A DNA stretch of 32,000 bases from the NCBI GenBank assembly GCA_963676105.1, contig OY781039.1, positions 420,001-452,000 of the forward strand, given 5' to 3'. Made by a program: the position numbers and the translations under genes. The DNA is from Erysipelotrichaceae bacterium. Lineage in GTDB: Bacteria > Bacillota_I > Bacilli_A > Erysipelotrichales > Erysipelotrichaceae. Positions 1 to 6,744 of the stretch are shown here, one piece after another (position 1 is the stretch's first letter; each line of letters begins with the position of its first letter). Below the pieces are notes generated by a model. It did not search any database. It saw only the letters and a program-made list of their open reading frames with translations, and was not told where the DNA came from.

Positions 1-789
1 GCGCTAGTACTCAATGATGGAGCTAATTTCACCCGTAAACAAAGTGATGCGTTAATTGATTTAGCAAAGAAAAATGGTGCAAAAGGGATGGTTGTCCTTA
101 AATATCTTAATGGCCAAATTGAAGGTTCAGCTGCAAAATTCTTGTCTGAAACTGAATCAGGACAATTAGTTGATAAGTTAATATTAAAAGATAATGATTT
201 AATCTGTATTACAGCAGATCAATGGGAAGTAGCCGCAAATGCATTAGGTGCGGTTCGTTTAAATCTAAGAGATCAATTAAACTTAACATCTAAAGCTGAT
301 TTCTCGTATTTATGGGTAACAGATTTCCCAATGTTTGAATACGATGATAAAGAAGATCGTTATGTTGCGAAACATCATCCGTTTACTCGTCCGAAAGATG
401 AAGATGTGCATTTACTTAAAACTGACCCTACAAAAGCACTGTCTTATGGCTATGATATTGTTTTAAATGGTTATGAAATTGGTGGAGGGTCACTTCGTAT
501 TTATGACTCAGAAGTTCAAAAACAAATCTTTGAAATTATTGGCTTTACTGATGAAGAAATTGAAAAGCGTTTTGGTTTCTTTATTGATGCCTTTAAATAT
601 GGAACGCCTCCACATGGTGGTATTGCCTTAGGCTTAGATCGTTTCGCGATGGTATTAACTCAAAGTGATAGTTTAAGGGATGTTATTGCCTTCCCTAAAA
701 ACGCTAGCGCAAGATGTCCATTAACGGATGCACCGACAGCGGTTGTTGATAAACAACTAGATGAGCTAAAAATTAGCATAAAAGGCTAG
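1..789 (+). CDS. aspS: Aspartyl-tRNA synthetase, C-terminal part (5' end lies outside the window)
   Basis: Frame 1 is open from base 1, and the track ORF at 88 is only the first in-frame Met. The translation carries class II aaRS catalytic-core strings typical of AspRS (FPMFEY, HHPFT, GYEIGGGSLRI, GTPPHGGIALGLDRF, AFPK). Confidence 0.93.
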   Translation, partial: ALVLNDGANFTRKQSDALIDLAKKNGAKGMVVLKYLNGQIEGSAAKFLSETESGQLVDKLILKDNDLICITADQWEVAANALGAVRLNLRDQLNLTSKADFSYLWVTDFPMFEYDDKEDRYVAKHHPFTRPKDEDVHLLKTDPTKALSYGYDIVLNGYEIGGGSLRIYDSEVQKQIFEIIGFTDEEIEKRFGFFIDAFKYGTPPHGGIALGLDRFAMVLTQSDSLRDVIAFPKNASARCPLTDAPTAVVDKQLDELKISIKG

Positions 790-804
790 TTTTGGTTTAT
801 AATA

Positions 805-987
805 AAAGTACCCAAAAGGAAAACTTATTTCCGACATATTGATATACGGGAGATTAGACGTTAACGTTTTGTGTGAAAGCCCAATTTAATTGGGAATCCT
901 AATATTCGTTGCAGATCACCCACCTGGTAACAGGGAACATATCACCTTTTGGGTCACTTTAATTTACCCGAGAAAATCGGGTTTTTA
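805..987 (+). ncRNA. Candidate structured RNA: riboswitch-like leader of the ABC exporter (alternative: 6S/BsrA-like sRNA)
   Basis: There is no ATG anywhere in 790-996. Bases 810-819 (ACCCAAAAGG) pair perfectly with 945-954 (CCTTTTGGGT), extendable by 805-809/956-960. Internal hairpins lie at 880-894, 923-934 (GUAA tetraloop) and 858-867. Alternative pairing 947-954/966-973 competes with the terminator 966-971/977-982. A TATAAT at 798-803 would place the transcription start near 810. No known family consensus was recognised by eye. Confidence 0.4.
966..987 (+). terminator. Intrinsic terminator-like hairpin ending the structured RNA
   Basis: ACCCGA (966-971), a GAAAA loop and TCGGGT (977-982) form the hairpin, with a T-run through 986. 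The stem is short (6 bp), so termination is probably conditional or weak. Confidence 0.5.
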
Positions 988-996
988 TTTAAAATT

Positions 997-2751
997 ATGT
1001 TAATTAAAAGATTCTTAAAATTTTACAAACCCTATAAACACTTATTCGCATTAGATATTATTTCTGCGATTTTTATTGCAGGCTTAGATCTAATTTTACC
1101 AAGATTCACTAATTTCATGATATCTGATATCTTGCCAAGTAAAAATCTTGAACTACTTGTTCATTGGATACTCATATTAATTGGCTTTTTTACAATGCGT
1201 GTCATATTAGAATATGTTGTGGATTATTGGGGACATGTTTTAGGCTTGCGTATGGAATATGATATGCGTACACAACTCTATGAACATATGCAAAGACTAC
1301 CCATTCAATTTTATGATAATTCTAAAACAGGACGATTAATGTCTCGTTTAGTCAATGATTTGTTTGAAATATCTGAGTTGGCTCATCATGGACCAGAAGA
1401 CTTTTTAATTTCACTGATGTTGGTGTTTGGGTCACTATTCTTAATGTTTCAAACCTTTGCGCCTTTAGCTTTTATTATGTTATTTCTAGTGCCTCTAATG
1501 ATTTATGTCGGGGTAAGTAAGAATATTAAATTTAGAAAAGTTCAAAGAATTGTTAGACAAAGATTAGCGGATGTTAACGCAAAAGCAGAAAACAGTATTT
1601 CGGGCATAAGAGTTGTCAAAGCTTTTCATGCTGAAGCATATGAAGCGATGCGCTTTAATGAAGGTTCAATTGATTTTTCAAATTCTCGTCAAAAATCAGT
1701 TAAAGTTATGGCTGAATTTGCGGTTAGCGTAAAATTCTTTGTTTCGCTAATAACGGTTGCTGTCTTATTTTTTGGAGGCTACTTTGTTATTGAGGGTCAA
1801 ATGAGTATTGGTGCGCTTATTGAATTCTTGTTATATGTTCAACTCTATCAACAACCAATATCAAAAATTTCAGCATTAATTATGATGTATAACCAAGCTA
1901 TCACAGGGTTTGAACGTTTTACCGAAATTATTGATATGCCAATTCAATCGGATCATGATCAAGCACAAAATGTAGAAATTAAAGATGCACATTTGAGTTT
2001 TAATGATGTTAGTTTTCAATACAATGATGTTGATGGTAAACACATTTTAAGAAACTTAAGTTTTGACATACATAAAGGTCAAAAAGTTGCGTTTGTTGGT
2101 CCTAGTGGTGGTGGTAAGTCTACTTTATGTAACTTGATTCCACGCTTTTATGAAATACAAAGCGGACAAATTAGTATAAATGATATAAACGTTCAAGATA
2201 TTAAACTAGAATCTCTTAGATCACAAGTTGGGCTCGTTCAACAAGAAGTGTTTTTGTTTGATGGAACAATTTTAGAAAATATTCGTTATGGTAATGTAGA
2301 TGCGAGTCGAGAAGAAATCATTGATGCCGCTAAAAAAGCAGAAGCTTATGAATTTATTAGTGGCTTAGATGATGGGATTGATACTGAGATAGGTGAAAGA
2401 GGTGTTCGCTTATCTGGTGGGCAAAGACAACGTATCGCTTTAGCGCGTATCTTTTTAAAGAATCCACCATTATTAATACTAGATGAAGCAACCAGTGCTT
2501 TAGATAATATTACTGAACTCAATATTCAGAGAACCTTAGATCAATTATCTAAAGATCGTACGACCTTGGTGATTGCGCATCGCTTATCGACCATTACTGA
2601 TGCTGATCATATTTTTGTCTTAAATGAAAAGGGCATTATCGAAGAAGGACAACATAAAGACTTATTAAAATTAAAGGGTGTTTATGCGCAACTTTATAAA
2701 GCTCAACAAACACAAACAGAGATTGATGAAGAATTAATGCATGGCAGTTGA
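997..2751 (+). CDS. ABC exporter, fused transmembrane and ATPase domains (type I half-transporter, MsbA/LmrA-like)
   Basis: The N-terminal six-TM-type domain begins MLIKRFLKFYKPYKHL, typical of this family. It has Walker A GPSGGGKST, the ABC signature LSGGQRQR, Walker B LLILDEATSALD and an H-loop AHRL. I prefer ATG 997 to the track's TTG 949, which lies inside the structured RNA. Confidence 0.9.
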   Translation: MLIKRFLKFYKPYKHLFALDIISAIFIAGLDLILPRFTNFMISDILPSKNLELLVHWILILIGFFTMRVILEYVVDYWGHVLGLRMEYDMRTQLYEHMQRLPIQFYDNSKTGRLMSRLVNDLFEISELAHHGPEDFLISLMLVFGSLFLMFQTFAPLAFIMLFLVPLMIYVGVSKNIKFRKVQRIVRQRLADVNAKAENSISGIRVVKAFHAEAYEAMRFNEGSIDFSNSRQKSVKVMAEFAVSVKFFVSLITVAVLFFGGYFVIEGQMSIGALIEFLLYVQLYQQPISKISALIMMYNQAITGFERFTEIIDMPIQSDHDQAQNVEIKDAHLSFNDVSFQYNDVDGKHILRNLSFDIHKGQKVAFVGPSGGGKSTLCNLIPRFYEIQSGQISINDINVQDIKLESLRSQVGLVQQEVFLFDGTILENIRYGNVDASREEIIDAAKKAEAYEFISGLDDGIDTEIGERGVRLSGGQRQRIALARIFLKNPPLLILDEATSALDNITELNIQRTLDQLSKDRTTLVIAHRLSTITDADHIFVLNEKGIIEEGQHKDLLKLKGVYAQLYKAQQTQTEIDEELMHGS

Positions 2752-3610
2752 GGAAAGAATAGGGGCTTTTATTGGATACAAAAGAAAACGTTTATATTTA
2801 AAAACACATTCTCCTCAGTTCACACAAAAAGAGTTTATTAAAACGACCAGTAAAGTAAGTTTATTTGATTGTCCACCAGGGCAAGCTGTGTGTTCACGCT
2901 CAACCCTTGTAAAAATTGAAAATGGTTTTAAAACAAAAGAAAGTCAATTATTTAACTTCTTTCTTTCAAAACTAGACTGTCCTCATCAAATCATGGATGA
3001 TTCATTAAATAAAACGAATAAAATTTTAAACCATTACCTCAATAAATATTCTTTAAATAAGATTGATGATTGGTTCAATGATTTTAAATATGAAATAAAA
3101 GATATGAATCATGAATTAGTCGTTTTCGATGTATATGCACTCATTGTGATTAATCGATGGTTAAAAGGGAAACAATGTTTTTCAAAAGAAACACTCCTAC
3201 ATTTATTAGATATACTAAAGATCACCAATGAAAAATTTCAAAATATTATTGTTGAGTTAATTTGTTTAGAAATCTATTTTAATAAAGAACATTGGGTTTA
3301 TGCATCAAAGGTAATTGAGAGATTTAGAGTATTGAATATTAAGAACAATTTTACTTATTGGTTTGCGACTGTATTCAATTTTAATGAATCTAGTAAAAAA
3401 ATTCGTTTTCCATCTATCACTAGAAGTACTAGATATGAAAAACAAATTGAACGATATAACTGGTATTTAAATCAACCTATGTATTCCTATTATGAATTAA
3501 AGTTAAAAAGGAAAAGTCTTTTTAAACATGTTTCAAAACATCAACGGTACTTAAAAAATGAACCTTTCCCGTTTTGTCTAAGTATGGCCTTATTAGATAT
3601 TGACACTTAA
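2741..3610 (+). CDS. XRE-type HTH protein of Rgg/RNPP-like size and layout (function hypothetical)
   Basis: The 289-aa ORF overlaps the ABC stop by 11 nt. Its N-terminus follows the XRE HTH pattern (IGAFIGYKRKRLYL...TQKEF...CSRSTLVKIENGFKTKESQLFNFFLSKLDC). The rest is about 210 aa of helix-prone, very AT-rich (N/K/F/Y-rich) sequence. Confidence 0.55.
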   Translation: MAVEERIGAFIGYKRKRLYLKTHSPQFTQKEFIKTTSKVSLFDCPPGQAVCSRSTLVKIENGFKTKESQLFNFFLSKLDCPHQIMDDSLNKTNKILNHYLNKYSLNKIDDWFNDFKYEIKDMNHELVVFDVYALIVINRWLKGKQCFSKETLLHLLDILKITNEKFQNIIVELICLEIYFNKEHWVYASKVIERFRVLNIKNNFTYWFATVFNFNESSKKIRFPSITRSTRYEKQIERYNWYLNQPMYSYYELKLKRKSLFKHVSKHQRYLKNEPFPFCLSMALLDIDT

Positions 3611-3777
3611 ATGTTCATTATAGTGTGCGACTTGGACATACGCACTAAAATAGCCTATTTTAATAAAATGTCTAAATAATACTATATTAAGCTATTTAAT
3701 AATACCCTAAATATAGGAGGTTGGGTGGAATTGGAATAATCATGTGCCAGTTGTTTCAATGCATTCTAGTCAAGGAA

Positions 3778-3807
3778 GAGTTAAGTTTTTACTTAACTTT
3801 TTCTTTT
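3778..3807 (+). terminator. Intrinsic terminator, probably ending the ABC-HTH transcription unit
   Basis: GTTAAGT (3780-3786), a TTTT loop and ACTTAAC (3791-3797) are followed by TTTTTCTTTT. Confidence 0.6.
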
Positions 3808-3810
3808 ATC

Positions 3811-3839
3811 TTGAAACTAGGCTTACATTTAAGTAAAAT
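3811..3839 (+). promoter_or_regulatory. Sigma-A-type promoter for the yneF-like gene
   Basis: TTGAAA (3811-3816), a 17-nt spacer and TAAAAT (3834-3839). The SD AAGGA lies about 8 nt before ATG 3864. Confidence 0.5.
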
Positions 3840-3863
3840 ATAACGAGTAAGGACGGTATTTTA

Positions 3864-4082
3864 ATGACAAACTTTTGGCAATCGTTTTTCTCACTACTTT
3901 TAGGTTTAATTTTAGGTGGAGCATTAGGTTTCTACTTCACTAAACGTAACTTTGAAAAACAACTCAAAGAGAATCCACCAATTAATGAAAAGATGATTCG
4001 AGCAATGTATATGCAAATGGGACGTAAACCATCTGAAACTCAAATCAAACAAATCATGAAGTCTATGGATCAATACAAATAA
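3864..4082 (+). CDS. yneF: UPF0154 (YneF-family) small membrane protein
   Basis: 72 aa with one N-terminal TM helix, followed by NPPINEKMIRAMYMQMGRKPSE, matching the conserved NPPI...MMxQMGxKPS core of the YneF family. It sits next to plsY-parEC, as in B. subtilis. Confidence 0.85.
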   Translation: MTNFWQSFFSLLLGLILGGALGFYFTKRNFEKQLKENPPINEKMIRAMYMQMGRKPSETQIKQIMKSMDQYK

Positions 4083-4106
4083 AAATGCACGCCGTGCATT
4101 TTTTTA
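4081..4106. terminator. Bidirectional intrinsic terminator shared by yneF and plsY
   Basis: AAAAATGCAC-GCC-GTGCATTTTTT. The hairpin has an A-run on one side and a T-run on the other, between convergent genes. Confidence 0.7.
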
Positions 4107-4727
4107 TATCCAAGTAACTTTTGATTCTTCTTTGTTGAGTAGTCGCTTAATGTTTGCTTTATGTCGATAGATTACAACAGATACAATAAATAATATATAT
4201 AAACTTACCTCAAGATTATCTGATACGATGAAGGACATTAGCACACCGACTGATAAAGCTGTCATTGATGAGAAGGATACATATTTTGTTATCTTTAAAA
4301 TGACAAAGAATAATAGCCATGGGAATAAAAACATCAAATAAAACTCATGGGTAATAAATATTGAAACTGCTAATAAATAACCATATGCAGTTGAAACGGC
4401 TTTACCACCTTTGAAATTCGCAAATAATGGGTAAATATGTCCTAAAGTTGCCGCAACACCAGCTAAGGCAGCTGCTTCAGGCTTAAATTGATAAACAATC
4501 CCTACCACAATGGCTGCTTTTAATACATCTAAAATACTGACTGCTGCACCTGCAGGTCTACCTAAAACACGCCCTGCATTTGTTCCCCCTAGATTACCAC
4601 TTCCAAAGTTACGTATATCTGTTTTATAGAAGACTTTTCCAATTACAAGCGCAAAAGGTATTGATCCAAAAAGATATCCTAAAATAAGTGCGGTAATGGT
4701 ATAAATATCAAATGATAGTTCAAACAT
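4104..4727 (-). CDS. plsY: Glycerol-3-phosphate acyltransferase PlsY
   Basis: Polytopic membrane protein with the GSGNLGGTN(A)GR motif and the FKGGKAV motif. It is divergent from parE, as in Bacillus. An SD AAGAGG and a TATAAT (minus strand, 4749-4754) lie upstream. Confidence 0.93.
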   Translation of the reverse strand: MFELSFDIYTITALILGYLFGSIPFALVIGKVFYKTDIRNFGSGNLGGTNAGRVLGRPAGAAVSILDVLKAAIVVGIVYQFKPEAAALAGVAATLGHIYPLFANFKGGKAVSTAYGYLLAVSIFITHEFYLMFLFPWLLFFVILKITKYVSFSSMTALSVGVLMSFIVSDNLEVSLYILFIVSVVIYRHKANIKRLLNKEESKVTWI

Positions 4728-4818
4728 AATGAAGTACCTCTTCTTTCACATTATATCAAAATTCAATCTTTAAGACTGTTACAGTATTGTATAATAAATG
4801 CGGTAGAAATGGAGTTTT

Positions 4819-6744
4819 ATGAGTACAAAAAGTAGTTATAATGAACAAAGTATACAGATTCTAGAAGGACTAGAAGCTGTTCGTAAACGTCCCGGGATGT
4901 ATATTGGATCAACAGATGGTCGTGGTTTACATCATTTAGTGTGGGAAATTGTTGATAATGCGATTGATGAAGCCTTAAATGGTTATGGCAATCACATCCA
5001 AATACAGATACATAAAGATGGTAGTTTATCAGTTATTGATGAAGGCCGTGGTATGCCAGTTGGTAAACATTCGAGTGGGGTTTCAACATTACAAGTTATT
5101 TTTACTGTTTTACATGCAGGTGGAAAATTTTCTGAAGCAGCAGGTTATAAAACTTCAGGTGGACTTCATGGAGTTGGAGCATCTGTTGTCAATGCTTTGA
5201 GTGAATGGTTAGTTGTCACGAGTTATTTTAATGGTGAAGAATATGAAATGCGTTTTTCAAATGGTGGGAAAGATATTTCATCATTAAAAAAAATTGGCAA
5301 AACCAATAAAAAAGGGTCAAAGGTTACTTTTAAACCAGACTCAAAGATTTTCAGTACAACTGATTTTAAATACGATATTATCCAAGAACGTATTCAAGAA
5401 TCTGCCTTTTTATTAAAGGATATCAAAATGTCTCTTAATGATGAGAGAAGTGATCGTTCTGATGAATTCTATTATGAAGAGGGTTTGATCAAATTCATTG
5501 AATTCTTAAATGAAGATCGTACCGGTATGCATGAAGCCTTAACATTTGAAAGTAATCAAGCTGATATTAATGTTCGTTTTGCGCTTCAATACACCGATGA
5601 TTATCAGGAGAATACATTTTCATTTGTAAACTTGGTTAGAACAGGTGATGGTGGTACACATGAAGTGGGTTATAAAACCGCTTTAACAAAAGTCTTTAAC
5701 GAATTTGCACGTAAACTAGGCATACTAAAAGAAAAAGATAAAAACTTTGATGGGAATGATATTCGTGAAGGTTTAACGTCTGTTCTTTCAGTATCAATCC
5801 CTGAGAAACTTTTACAATTCGAAGGTCAAACAAAAAGTAAACTTGGAACACCGCAAGCTAAAGCAGCGGTTGAAAATTTTGTGGTTGAACAACTAACATA
5901 TTATCTTGAAGAAAATAGAGACTTTACACAAACGATTCTTAAGAAGATACAAAAAGCATCGCAAGCACGTGAAGCAGCTCGTAAAGCGCGAGAAGATGCA
6001 CGCAAAGGTCGTAAAGGTAATAAGAGTGAAAAGATATTATCAGGAAAACTTGCGGCTGCACAGTCAAAAGATTCACGTAAACGAGAACTTTTCTTAGTTG
6101 AAGGGGATTCTGCGGGTGGATCAGCTAAACAAGGGCGTGATTCTAAAATCCAAGCGATACTTCCACTTCGAGGAAAAGTTTTAAATACTGAAAAAGCTAG
6201 CATTAAAGATATTGAAAAGAATGAAGAACTCAATACCATTATTCATGCCTTAGGGGCAGGGGTAGGTAGTGATTTTGAAGTCAAAGATATTAACTACGAT
6301 AAAGTTATCATTATGACCGATGCTGATACAGATGGAGCACATATTCAAGTTTTACTTTTAACCTTCTTTTATCGTTATATGAGACAACTCATTGAAGAAG
6401 GGCATGTTTATATTGCCCAACCACCTTTGTATAAGATTAAAAAAGGTAAAGAAGAACGTTATATCTATACTGAAGAAGAATTAGTTGAGCAACAACAACG
6501 CTTAGGTAAAGTTGAAATTCAACGTTATAAAGGACTTGGTGAAATGAATGCTAACCAACTTTGGGAAACAACCATGGATCCTGATAAAAGAACACTTATA
6601 CAAGTTGAATTAGGCGACGCTTTAGTAGCGCAAAGAACTGTTTCTGTTTTGATGGGTGATAAAGCTGATTTAAGACGTAACTGGATTGAAAGTAATGTTA
6701 GTTTTACGCTAGAAGATGATTTTTTGGAGAGAGATAATGGATAA
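4819..6744 (+). CDS. parE: DNA topoisomerase IV subunit B
   Basis: GHKL ATPase and Toprim motifs are present (LEGLEAVRKRPGMYIGST, GGLHGVGASVVNALS, LVEGDSAGGSAKQGRD, IMTDADTDGAHI, YKGLGEM). I call it ParE rather than GyrB from the plsY-parE-parC synteny and close colinearity with Bacillus ParE as I recall it. Confidence 0.9.
   Translation: MSTKSSYNEQSIQILEGLEAVRKRPGMYIGSTDGRGLHHLVWEIVDNAIDEALNGYGNHIQIQIHKDGSLSVIDEGRGMPVGKHSSGVSTLQVIFTVLHAGGKFSEAAGYKTSGGLHGVGASVVNALSEWLVVTSYFNGEEYEMRFSNGGKDISSLKKIGKTNKKGSKVTFKPDSKIFSTTDFKYDIIQERIQESAFLLKDIKMSLNDERSDRSDEFYYEEGLIKFIEFLNEDRTGMHEALTFESNQADINVRFALQYTDDYQENTFSFVNLVRTGDGGTHEVGYKTALTKVFNEFARKLGILKEKDKNFDGNDIREGLTSVLSVSIPEKLLQFEGQTKSKLGTPQAKAAVENFVVEQLTYYLEENRDFTQTILKKIQKASQAREAARKAREDARKGRKGNKSEKILSGKLAAAQSKDSRKRELFLVEGDSAGGSAKQGRDSKIQAILPLRGKVLNTEKASIKDIEKNEELNTIIHALGAGVGSDFEVKDINYDKVIIMTDADTDGAHIQVLLLTFFYRYMRQLIEEGHVYIAQPPLYKIKKGKEERYIYTEEELVEQQQRLGKVEIQRYKGLGEMNANQLWETTMDPDKRTLIQVELGDALVAQRTVSVLMGDKADLRRNWIESNVSFTLEDDFLERDNG

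Noticed and set aside
949-996. Track start (TTG 949) for the ABC exporter, which adds 16 N-terminal residues (MGHFNLPEKIGFLFKI).
   Set aside because: The extension lies inside the structured RNA and terminator, and it has no SD. ABC exporters of this type normally begin like MLIKRFLKFYKPYK, so ATG 997 is preferred.
790-996. T-box leader hypothesis, prompted by the neighbouring aaRS gene and the terminator/antiterminator logic.
   Set aside because: I found no T-box consensus (AGGGTGGnACCGCG-like antiterminator bulge), no AG bulge or distal-loop motifs, and no obvious specifier loop. The downstream gene is also not an aminoacyl-tRNA-related gene.
3742-3843. 33-codon ORF (MCQLFQCILVKEELSFYLTFSFILKLGLHLSKI) as a possible peptide gene downstream of the HTH regulator.
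   Set aside because: It has only a weak SD. It runs straight through a terminator hairpin and T-run (3778-3807) and through the yneF promoter, so it is most simply chance. It is mentioned only as something to test in the cassette finding.
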